Source: Ardenticatenia bacterium (GTDB lineage: Bacteria > Chloroflexota > Anaerolineae > 4572-78 > NAK82). Taken from it: DNA of 64,000 nucleotides. Each line of letters starts with the position of its first letter. Position 1 is the first letter of the stretch. A model generated the notes under the pieces. That model had not been told where the DNA came from and ran no database searches. It saw only the letters and a list, made by a program, of their open reading frames with translations. The stretch is from the NCBI GenBank assembly GCA_003130875.1, contig QEXY01000163.1, forward strand, positions 2,136 to 66,135, written 5' to 3'. This document shows, piece after piece, positions 37,456-45,911 of the stretch. The position numbers and the translations under genes were made by a program.

Positions 37456-38958
37456 CTAGGAAGCCGGCACCGCTTCTTTCTCTTGCTCGCGCGCCACTTC
37501 TGGACGCGGCAGCTCGCGCACCACCGGGCGTGGCAAGCCCGCCTCTTCGACTAGCCTTGGCACGATCGACTCCCAATGCACTGCCATAATGTGCAGGCCG
37601 TGGATGCCCGGTGTGTTTTTCAGCCGCTCGATCATCTCCAGGGCGATCGTCACCCCCATCTCGGCCTGGGCTTCCTTGTCGCCTGCTGAGTCCATGCGCT
37701 TCAGGTCGGACTCGGTGAGCACCACACCGGGCACGTCTTTCATGAAATGGGCAGCCTTGGCACTGCGCAGCGGGACGATGCCGGCCAGAATATACACCTT
37801 GTTCAGCAGATTGCGCTTGTCCAGCGCTTCCAGCCACTCGGTGAAGCGGTTATAGTCGAAGACGGGCTGGGTCTGGATGAACTGTGCGCCGGCGTTGATC
37901 TTCTTCTCAGCCCGGATGGCCTCGTACTTGGGTGGAGCACCGAAAGGCGACGCGGCAGCGCCCAGGAAGAACTTGGGACGTATCTTCATTTCGCGCCCAT
38001 CAATGTATTTGCCCTCGTCGCGCATACGGCGCAACATCCAAAGGATTTGCACTCCGTCCATGTCGAACTGGTCCGGCATAGCCATCGGCGCCGGCCCGAA
38101 GCGATGATGATCACCGGTGAGGCAGAGGATGTTGCGGATGCCCAGGCCCGAAGCGCCCACTGCGTCCGATTGGATCACCACACGGGTGCGATCGCGCGCC
38201 TGCAGCTGCATCACCGGCTCCAGGCCGGCGTCCAGGCAGAGCTTGGACGAGGCCAGGCTGTTCATCCGGCAGGTGGCCGAGGCATTATCGGTGAAGTTGG
38301 CTGCTGTCACATAGGGCTTCAACATGTTCACCTTCTTGATAAGGCCCTCCGGCGAGGCATCCAACGGTGGTGCAATCTCCGCCGTGACGGTGAACACGCC
38401 GCTGCGCAGGTTCGCCTCCAGAAGAGAGATCGGCTCGGTGTAGGCCGGTGGATGGTACTGCGAGTCCCCCTGCCACCAGTCAGGCTGGCGCAGCGCGTAG
38501 AAGAACTCCTCCCACTCGCGGTTGAACTTGGCGCGATTGAACACGAAGTCCCACGGATACGGCCCGGCCTTGCGCTTGAACCACAGCTTGATCATATCGA
38601 GCCAGGTCTCATGGCCCACCCGGTTGCCATCCACCGGCGCGTTGATCTCGAGCAGCTTGTCGAGTCGGCCCATCCGCTCGGAACGTTCATAGATGACATA
38701 CCAGGTGCATGGGCGCGAAGGATCCACTTCGCAGTGGTCAGGCGTCGCACCGCCGCACAGGCCGTTGCGCAGACCTTTGGGGCATGTCATCGGACAGACG
38801 AAGGCGGTCTCCTGCAGGATGCAGTTGCCGCACATGCGGCAACCGAACAGGGCGCCCTTAATCGCCTGCTCGAAGGCGGTGAATACCTGAACCGGCAAGG
38901 AATCGCGCTGCACCGGCATAAAAGGTGCTTGATAACGTCGTGGTGAGAACAGAGGCAT
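37456..38958 (-). CDS. metF: Methylene-THF reductase as a MetV (Cys-rich)-MetF fusion
   Basis: N-terminal CRMCGNC...CPMTCPKGLRNGLCGG...CEV...C (MetV/MTHFR_C) followed by MetF motifs (AEIAPP, NFTDN, NILCLTGD, KKINAGAQFIQTQ). RBS GGAG before ATG 38958. Confidence 0.92.
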   Translation of the reverse strand: MPLFSPRRYQAPFMPVQRDSLPVQVFTAFEQAIKGALFGCRMCGNCILQETAFVCPMTCPKGLRNGLCGGATPDHCEVDPSRPCTWYVIYERSERMGRLDKLLEINAPVDGNRVGHETWLDMIKLWFKRKAGPYPWDFVFNRAKFNREWEEFFYALRQPDWWQGDSQYHPPAYTEPISLLEANLRSGVFTVTAEIAPPLDASPEGLIKKVNMLKPYVTAANFTDNASATCRMNSLASSKLCLDAGLEPVMQLQARDRTRVVIQSDAVGASGLGIRNILCLTGDHHRFGPAPMAMPDQFDMDGVQILWMLRRMRDEGKYIDGREMKIRPKFFLGAAASPFGAPPKYEAIRAEKKINAGAQFIQTQPVFDYNRFTEWLEALDKRNLLNKVYILAGIVPLRSAKAAHFMKDVPGVVLTESDLKRMDSAGDKEAQAEMGVTIALEMIERLKNTPGIHGLHIMAVHWESIVPRLVEEAGLPRPVVRELPRPEVAREQEKEAVPAS

Positions 38959-39004
38959 CTTGTCTACTCCTACTCCAATGATATAAATCCAAAACCCACA
39001 TCCA

Positions 39005-39910
39005 TCATAGTCCAGGCAACAAGTAGGCGTAGGCACTCAGCGCAGCTTTGACGCCGCCCCCTGCCGCCACCAGAATCTGCTCCATATAGGTGTTCGTGAC
39101 GTCGCCTGCGGCACAGATGCCGGGCACATTGGTGCGCCCGCGCTCGTCAATGCGGATATGCCCGCTCGGATCCACGTCCACCAGACCCACCACCGGCTGC
39201 GAATTGGGGATCACCGCGATTTCGACGAAGAACACCCCAGCCGCGATTTCCATCTGCGACCCGTCCGGCGCGCTGACCACAATACGACGTGCATACTCGT
39301 CGCCCTGCATCTCCAGCACCTGGTAATTCTCCAGGATGGTGACGTTCTGGGCCTTCTTCAACTTGATCCCCAGGGGGCTATCCAGTACGTGAGGTTCCAC
39401 CCCCACCAGATAGACCTGGCGCGCCGTCAGGGCGATTTCCGCCGCCGCACGCACGGCGAGCTGGCCGTTGCCGATGATTGCCACCACGCGGTCGCTCATA
39501 TGCGGTGCATAGCGCAAGGCAGAGTAGCTCAGGCCGCGCATCAGGTATTTCTCTTCGCCGGGCACGTGCATGCGCTGATGTTTTACCCCGGTGGCCATGA
39601 TGACCGCCTTGCCCAAGAGCACCGCCTTCTCTTGGGTATGCACCGCAAAGCCGTCGCGATGGCGGCTTACCCGCACAGCATAGTCCTTATAGTGCGTGAA
39701 GTCCAGGCGCTCCAGCTCCGTCTTGAGCCCTTCGATTATCTCCTGTCCTTCCAGAACGATGGGGGTCTCCTCGGGCGGCAATTGCATTCGATAGTTGGTC
39801 TTGCCCCCTAGCGTCTTAGAGACGAGCAACACCTTCAGGCGCCGTCGCGCTGCGTAGATTGTCGCGGTGATGCCGGCCAGCCCACCGCCCACCACAATCA
39901 GGTCATACAT
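39005..39910 (-). CDS. TrxB/AhpF-fold FAD-dependent NAD(P)H oxidoreductase lacking the redox CxxC
   Basis: GGGLAG, ATG, GNGQLA and TNVPGICAAGDVT. The CxxC position reads GLSYSALRYAP. Confidence 0.88.
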   Translation of the reverse strand: MYDLIVVGGGLAGITATIYAARRRLKVLLVSKTLGGKTNYRMQLPPEETPIVLEGQEIIEGLKTELERLDFTHYKDYAVRVSRHRDGFAVHTQEKAVLLGKAVIMATGVKHQRMHVPGEEKYLMRGLSYSALRYAPHMSDRVVAIIGNGQLAVRAAAEIALTARQVYLVGVEPHVLDSPLGIKLKKAQNVTILENYQVLEMQGDEYARRIVVSAPDGSQMEIAAGVFFVEIAVIPNSQPVVGLVDVDPSGHIRIDERGRTNVPGICAAGDVTNTYMEQILVAAGGGVKAALSAYAYLLPGL

Positions 39911-39947
39911 GGACGTTCTTATCCTCCTCGTGCCGGGCGCGTTTCGC

Positions 39948-40868
39948 CTAGACGCGCAGATAGGAGTCGGTATAGATGACCTGATTATACAGGATCTGCG
40001 CCGTCTTGAACAATGCGACCTGATCCGGATCGCTCATATCCACATCCTCGGCGGTCAGGCGTTCACCGGCCGCGGTCTTGTCATACAGCTTGAGCACCAA
40101 ACGGCCCAACGCAGTGCTGTCGTCGCGTTGGGTGATGATACGGATGAACTCGTTCTGCTGCTGGTCCAAAGGGTTGGCGATCACATAGTCCAGCCCCACC
40201 GCCATCAGCATCACCAGGTAAGTGCGGTTGATCAGCGGCCGCATCTCGTTCGGCACCGCGTTCGACACATTGCTGAGCCCGGCATTGGTCATAGGGGGCG
40301 GGTCACCCGCTAGCTTGAGCAGGCGGATTGCCTCGATGCACTCCGGGCAGTACTCCTGACAGCCGCTGACGGTCAGCACCAGCGGGTCGATCAGCAGGTC
40401 TTCCATCGGGATGCCCAGCTCGACAGCGCGCGGGATGAGATATTCCAGGGCGATGTTGACGCGCTCCTCGGCACTCACCGGAATGCCCGACTTTCCCATG
40501 GTGAGGGCGATGAGCTTGGCGTTGTACTTCTTGGCCAGCGGTGGCACCGTGGCGAGGCGCTCTTCTTCCGCCGAAGTGGAGTTGATGATGCATTGATGCT
40601 TGGCCACCTTCAGCCCTTCCTCGATAGCGGCCAGATTGGTGGTGTCCAAAACCAGAGGCACATCCACCACTTCCTGAATACCCTTCACCAGCCACGGCAT
40701 GATCTCGTGGCCAGCCTTCTTCTGCGGGCCGATGTTCAGGTCGAGATAGTGTGCCCCCGCTTCCACCTGTTTGAGCGCCAGCTCCTGGAAGAAGCGGATG
40801 TTCTTCTCGGCCAGAGCCTCTTTGACCCGTGGCGAGATAATATGAATGTTCTCACCTATGATATACAT
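39948..40868 (-). CDS. acsE: Methyl-THF:corrinoid Fe-S protein methyltransferase
   Basis: IIGENIH, LDLNIG, LDTTN, IINS, LLIDP and GLSNVS. Position in the acs operon supports the call. Confidence 0.93.
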   Translation of the reverse strand: MYIIGENIHIISPRVKEALAEKNIRFFQELALKQVEAGAHYLDLNIGPQKKAGHEIMPWLVKGIQEVVDVPLVLDTTNLAAIEEGLKVAKHQCIINSTSAEEERLATVPPLAKKYNAKLIALTMGKSGIPVSAEERVNIALEYLIPRAVELGIPMEDLLIDPLVLTVSGCQEYCPECIEAIRLLKLAGDPPPMTNAGLSNVSNAVPNEMRPLINRTYLVMLMAVGLDYVIANPLDQQQNEFIRIITQRDDSTALGRLVLKLYDKTAAGERLTAEDVDMSDPDQVALFKTAQILYNQVIYTDSYLRV

Positions 40869-42854
40869 CTAACTTCCTCCTTGAACAGAACGGGATATGG
40901 GATTGTTTCGGCGCGCCGCCAAAACTTCCGCCACAGATGGGAAATGCGCCAGATCGGTATGCGGCAGGAACAACGCCGAGGTGAACGCTTCGTAAAATGA
41001 GTTATCCGCTGAGAGCTCCAGGTAAGTCATCTTCTGGGCGATGGTGGTCAAATGATGGCGGAACTCGCGATGGAGCAACGCCAACAGCGCACCCTTCAGG
41101 GCGGTGTTGCCCAAAAAGTGGAATTTCTCCCACGGCAGGTCAGGCAACAGCCCGATCTGGATGGCCTTTTCCACGTTGATATATTGACCGAATGACCCAC
41201 CCACAAGCACCCGTTCCACTGTGGACAGGTCAGTGCCTACGCTGCGGGCCATCACTGTGAAACCGGCGTAAATGGCAGCCTTGGCGCGGATGAGGTTGTC
41301 GATATCCACCTTGGTGATAGCGATGTCGCGCCCATGCGCTGTCTCGCTGCCCCACGCCACGACATATTCCGGCCCGTGCTCGCCGCGGCGGATGCGCGGG
41401 GAGCCCATGTCAAAGTTGAGATTGCCCGCCTTGTCGATCACGCCCGTGATGAACATCTCGGCGAGCAGGGAAATCAGCCCCGAGCCGCAGATACCCCGCG
41501 GCGGAGTCGGCTGGCCTTGCGCTTCCAGCTTGGGATCGGGGATCACACGATAGGTCGGCTCGTAGGTCTGGCTGTTGATCCAGACCTCCTCGATGGCGCC
41601 TACTGTCGCACGCATGCCATCGCGCACCCCGGCGCCTTCGAAGGCGGGACCCGCCGAACAGGCACAGCTGACAAGCCAGTCGCAGTCGCCCAGCACCATC
41701 TCACCGTTGGTGCCGATGTCCAGGAAGAGCGCCACCGTCTTGCTCTCGCACATCTGCGAGCCGAGGATGCCCGCCGGGATATCGGCACCGACATAGCTGG
41801 CCACGCCGGGCAGACAATCGACATGCGCCTGCGGATGAATGGCGATGCCGAGCTCGGCGGCCTGCACCGGCGGCGGCTGGTTGATCGTGGTGATAAACGG
41901 CTCGAGGCGGATCGAATTAGCAGGCAATCCCAGCAACAGGTGGATCATGGTGCTGTTACCTGCCACGGTCATCTTGTAGACCTCGCTGGGGCGGATGCCG
42001 GCGCGCCCGCAAGCACGTTCGAGAATCTGGTTGATGGTATCCACCACCAGTGCCTGCATCTCCTGGAGATTGCCGTTGCGACTTGCGTAGATAATGCGCG
42101 AGATGACGTCCTCGCCGCGCTTGATCTGGGCGTTGTATTCCGCCGCCTGTGCGGCGATCTCACCGCTGAGCAGATCCACCAGGTAGAGGCTCACCGTAGT
42201 CGTGCCCACGTCCACCGCCGCGCCCCAGAGATGGTTCGTAGCGTGTCCAGGCACCACGTCCACCAGGCGCGGCGGCCCCTGCGGCCGATCCCAGGTGTCC
42301 AGTTCCACCACCGCTGTGACCATCCAGTTCGCCTCGCGCAGCGTAGTGCCCAGCTTGCGCAGCGTCGGCAGGTCGATGGTCAGCTCGGAGATGCCATGCT
42401 GGAGTGCCATAGCGCGCTTCAAGCGCGACCAATCATCCGTCTGGTCGTCCATCGAGGGCGGATCGAGCGTCAGCGCCATCAACTGCATGGGCTGATGCTG
42501 CTTGGGGTCATAGACAAACGGCAGGGTGACCTTCGTCGCGATGCGGTCCGTGACCAGACGGCGCTCGATGCGCTCCTGTGGGGGAATGGTGACCGTGACA
42601 TCTCCTTCGAGCACCGTCTGGCAAGCCAGGACATAGCCGGCGGCGCGGTCCTCCTGGCTGAGGCGCAGCTCCGAACGGCTGCGCACCGCCTGCCGATTGT
42701 CCACGAGCACGGCGCAGCGTCCGCAACGTCCCTGGCCGCCACATGGGATGTTCAAGTCCAGCCCTGCCTGGCGCACTGCCTCGACGATCAGCGTGCCAGT
42801 AGGCACCTCGACCGTTTTTCCAGAAGGCTCGAAACGTACCCGGTGGGTCGCGAT
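40869..42854 (-). CDS. acsV: Reductive activator of CFeSP (RACo/AcsV, 2Fe-2S + ASKHA DUF4445); 5' end extended to an ATC codon
   Basis: CGGQGRCGRC, DVGTT, DIGTNGE, GPAFEG and GICGSG. The frame upstream of GTG 42806 encodes xATHRVRFEPSGKTVE, which belongs to the ferredoxin-like domain. GGAGG RBS precedes ATC at 42854. Confidence 0.9.
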   Translation of the reverse strand: MATHRVRFEPSGKTVEVPTGTLIVEAVRQAGLDLNIPCGGQGRCGRCAVLVDNRQAVRSRSELRLSQEDRAAGYVLACQTVLEGDVTVTIPPQERIERRLVTDRIATKVTLPFVYDPKQHQPMQLMALTLDPPSMDDQTDDWSRLKRAMALQHGISELTIDLPTLRKLGTTLREANWMVTAVVELDTWDRPQGPPRLVDVVPGHATNHLWGAAVDVGTTTVSLYLVDLLSGEIAAQAAEYNAQIKRGEDVISRIIYASRNGNLQEMQALVVDTINQILERACGRAGIRPSEVYKMTVAGNSTMIHLLLGLPANSIRLEPFITTINQPPPVQAAELGIAIHPQAHVDCLPGVASYVGADIPAGILGSQMCESKTVALFLDIGTNGEMVLGDCDWLVSCACSAGPAFEGAGVRDGMRATVGAIEEVWINSQTYEPTYRVIPDPKLEAQGQPTPPRGICGSGLISLLAEMFITGVIDKAGNLNFDMGSPRIRRGEHGPEYVVAWGSETAHGRDIAITKVDIDNLIRAKAAIYAGFTVMARSVGTDLSTVERVLVGGSFGQYINVEKAIQIGLLPDLPWEKFHFLGNTALKGALLALLHREFRHHLTTIAQKMTYLELSADNSFYEAFTSALFLPHTDLAHFPSVAEVLAARRNNPISRSVQGGS

Positions 42855-42877
42855 GGTTCCCTTACCTCCTCAGGCGC

Positions 42878-44224
42878 TCATCCCCAGCGCGTCTTCAGGT
42901 AGTTGGGCAAGTCCACTGCCTCACGCGGCCCGACGTTGATCTCCCAGCCGGGCAGCTCCTCCTCGATCTCACCCAGCAACACGGCAACATGGCCAGGGAT
43001 GATAAGACGCTTATGGTTGATCTTCTGCTCGATGCCGGTGCTCTTCACCGTCTTGGCGATGCGCTCCGCGTCGAATTTGCCAGCCGCCCAGGCAGTCAAC
43101 ACGCTCATCCCCTCCGCGTCCGCCACCAACAGCCAGCCCGGCAGGCCGCTGCTCTCCACCTCGTTCGCCACCGAGAAGTATGTGATCGAGAAATTGGTGG
43201 TGATCATCAGCGGGTCGGATGGACCGGGATGGTTGATCTCGTAGACACCGGGCAAGACTTGGATGGGCTTCTGCGGATCGGTGAAGAGATTGGCGCGCAA
43301 CACGATGAGTGGATAGGCCATGGCTGGGTCGAACTGATCGAGCACGATGAAACCGGCGTACTTGGCGATGTGTTGTGCGGCGAGGGTGATGTCATCACCG
43401 GCAAAGGCGATCAGCGGATAGCCCACCTTGCGCTCATTTTTCCTGAGCGCCAGCCGCCGCAGCTGGGTAAACGCTGCCAGGCTGCTGGCATGGTCGCGCG
43501 TGCCGGGATCGAGCACCAGATCTTCCACGCCGGCGTTCTTCACCTGCTCGGCCAGATCGGCCAGGGCGTTGAGGTCGCCGTTCGGTCCCAGCACCGCTAG
43601 AGGCACCTTATACTGCGCCGCCAGCTGGGCCATCGCCTGCCAGTTCTCCGCACTGGCAGCCCACAAGAGCGGCGTCGTGCCCTGCGCCGCTTTCAAACCC
43701 GCCTCAGCCGTCGCGGGGTCGGTGGCCATAAGGATGAGAGGGAAAGGACACGCCGCTTTGACCGCAGCCACGGTCGCTCCGAAGTCACCGCCAGCAGCCT
43801 CCACCGCCACGCCGTCCAGGCTCAACGACATCCCCACGTAGTCCACAGTGTAATCGGCCACTGCCTTGGCCACCTGTGCGGCGTCGGGCTGGGTGTCCTT
43901 GACGCGCACGAACAGCCCCGGCGGGTGATAGAAGGTCTTCTCATGGCGATGGAGCACCAGCTCGTTGCCGACTTCCAGCTTCTTGGCGCTGCCAGCGACA
44001 GTGATCAGCCGGATCGGCGGCGCGGCGGACTCCTCCAGCTGGCGCTTGGATTCTTCTTCCACATAAGGACACAATGACAGATCTGCCTGCTTGGCAGCCA
44101 ATTTCATCGCAAAGGCGAGACAGGTGGGATACCCACACTCCTTGCAATTGGCGTGGGCCTTGACTTCCGGATTCGTGCTGCTGGCCGGTAACAGCTTATA
44201 GATTTGCAGGCCGGTGAGAGCCAT
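42878..44224 (-). CDS. acsC: Corrinoid Fe-S protein large (gamma) subunit
   Basis: MALTGLQIYKLLP...NCKECGYPTCLAFAMKLA...CP, TTNFSITY and GMSVLTAWAAGKF. Confidence 0.97.
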   Translation of the reverse strand: MALTGLQIYKLLPASSTNPEVKAHANCKECGYPTCLAFAMKLAAKQADLSLCPYVEEESKRQLEESAAPPIRLITVAGSAKKLEVGNELVLHRHEKTFYHPPGLFVRVKDTQPDAAQVAKAVADYTVDYVGMSLSLDGVAVEAAGGDFGATVAAVKAACPFPLILMATDPATAEAGLKAAQGTTPLLWAASAENWQAMAQLAAQYKVPLAVLGPNGDLNALADLAEQVKNAGVEDLVLDPGTRDHASSLAAFTQLRRLALRKNERKVGYPLIAFAGDDITLAAQHIAKYAGFIVLDQFDPAMAYPLIVLRANLFTDPQKPIQVLPGVYEINHPGPSDPLMITTNFSITYFSVANEVESSGLPGWLLVADAEGMSVLTAWAAGKFDAERIAKTVKSTGIEQKINHKRLIIPGHVAVLLGEIEEELPGWEINVGPREAVDLPNYLKTRWG

Positions 44225-44281
44225 AATGGATTACCTCCGTCTCTGGACTGTCTGTCACATCATACCCTGGGCGAACACTGC

Positions 44282-45232
44282 TCAGCCTATCAAGGCATTG
44301 ATCATCGCACGCACCCGCCGCAGCGACTCGGGATGGCGCAGCACAACGATATCCGCTCCCGAATGAATCAGGGTGCTGGCGGTGAGCACCTCCCAGTTGA
44401 TGGCACGCTTCACATAATCACCCCAGGCCGCCGGAACACCTTCGGCAGCGCGTGCCTCCTTGGTGCGCCACGCTTCCTCTCCAGGCGTGACCAGCATGGG
44501 CAGCTGCGTCATGCTATCGCCCTGCAGCGCGGCAATGCGCAGCCGTTCCATAACACTGTAGCCATACTCGATCCCGTAGCCGAGCGCGCCGGTGGTCGGA
44601 TCCATGATGATGCGCTCCACCGGCAGGCCCATATCATGGATGAGGATGTTGAGCTGTTTGGACAGGTTGACATCCATCGGCGCACGTGCGTCCACCAGGT
44701 GTCCGTGAGCCAGGGCAGCCGCCACGATGGTGCGGTAGTTCTTCTCCTCGCACACGCCGAGCACCAGGCGTTCCCCCTTTCCTTCCTCGGCGACGGCGAC
44801 GAGCACCTCGTTGTCCCAATCCGCCTGTCCGGGGCCGAAGACGACGAGGGGTAAACCGGTGGCCGACAGCACGCGGCGCAACACTTGGCGGGCGTAGGGA
44901 GCGCTCAGCTGTTCCGAAGCGTTGAAGCGCAGCGCCACCAGGTCGGCGCCGGCTGCCTCGGCCGCTTTGGCCCATTCCGCTACATCTTGGGTGGCGCCGT
45001 CCCACGCCTGGAGCAAGAGAGCCGGCCAGTCGCTCGGCGGCTGGTCGCGTACCTCGATGGCAATGGCAGGTGGGTGAGGGATCTCCCCTTCGAACTTGAG
45101 AAATGGCAATGTCGTCTCACCCCCCACGGTCACGGTGCGCGCTCGCGTGCCCCCCTCCGCTGCCGTAGCGCCCAAGGTGACTTCGCGGACCTTCCCGCTC
45201 CATTTTTCTTTGGGGACCTCGATTCCGGGCAT
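44282..45232 (-). CDS. acsD: Corrinoid Fe-S protein small (delta) subunit
   Basis: ATG 45232 with RBS GAGGAGG; VTVGGETTLPF, MDPTTGALGYGIEY and GADIVVLRHP. Confidence 0.95.
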   Translation of the reverse strand: MPGIEVPKEKWSGKVREVTLGATAAEGGTRARTVTVGGETTLPFLKFEGEIPHPPAIAIEVRDQPPSDWPALLLQAWDGATQDVAEWAKAAEAAGADLVALRFNASEQLSAPYARQVLRRVLSATGLPLVVFGPGQADWDNEVLVAVAEEGKGERLVLGVCEEKNYRTIVAAALAHGHLVDARAPMDVNLSKQLNILIHDMGLPVERIIMDPTTGALGYGIEYGYSVMERLRIAALQGDSMTQLPMLVTPGEEAWRTKEARAAEGVPAAWGDYVKRAINWEVLTASTLIHSGADIVVLRHPESLRRVRAMINALIG

Positions 45233-45378
45233 GAGCGAAAACCTCCTCTTATCTGTTTGAATCCCTTGATGGATAATGGCGATGAACAACTAGCAGGCTC
45301 GACGGAGTCAAAGCGAGCAGATTGTCCCACGCCGGGCGGATGCTGCGCTCTAGGGGTGATCTTCCTGGCTGGCTATGC

Positions 45379-45777
45379 TCAGCTAGCTTCAGCACACATT
45401 GCGGCGACGACATCGCTCAGCGACAAAACCCCAACCGGTCGGTTGGGTGTGCGACCTCCTTGCACGATGAGCAATCGGCGTAGCCCCTTGTCCAGCATAA
45501 TCTGAATGGCTGCCTTCAGCAATAGGTCACCGGGCACGGTGACCACATTGGGTGTCATAATCTCTTCCGCCTTGCGGTGTTGCCAATCACCCTGGACGTA
45601 CGCGCGCGCCAAATCCACCTGCGAGATAACACCCTCGGCACGTCCGCTATCGTCCAGGACGAATATAGCATTAATGGAATATTCGCGCAATCTGCGCGCC
45701 ACGTCGATCAAGGGCTCATCCGCCCAACAGGTGATCACCCCGCGATGCATGACATCCCGCACCAGCTTTTCGCTCAT
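45379..45777 (-). CDS. Stand-alone tandem CBS-domain protein
   Basis: VRDVMHRGVIT...GVISQVDL and AEEIMTPNVVT...GVLSLSDV. RBS AAGGAG. Confidence 0.9.
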   Translation of the reverse strand: MSEKLVRDVMHRGVITCWADEPLIDVARRLREYSINAIFVLDDSGRAEGVISQVDLARAYVQGDWQHRKAEEIMTPNVVTVPGDLLLKAAIQIMLDKGLRRLLIVQGGRTPNRPVGVLSLSDVVAAMCAEAS

Positions 45778-45862
45778 TTTGCTCGCTCCTTTCCGAGCTA
45801 TCCACCCTTTCCTGTCCGTCTATGTGACAGGATGACGGTTACCACCTTCGCAAGAATCCTTG

Positions 45863-45901
45863 CAGTGGGCAGCGGCAAGGTATTCATGCCGCTGCCCACT
45901 G
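45863..45901 (-). other. Strong intergenic stem-loop directly after acsB, without a U-tract
   Basis: Perfect 15-bp inverted repeat CAGTGGGCAGCGGCA-9 nt-TGCCGCTGCCCACTG. Confidence 0.75.
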
Positions 45902-45911
45902 GCATATCCCA

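Noticed and set aside
45320-45335. 10-mer GAGCGCAGCA shared by the acsD upstream region (minus strand) and the hppA leader
   Set aside because: The match is too short and the surrounding structure is not shared, so it is compatible with chance.
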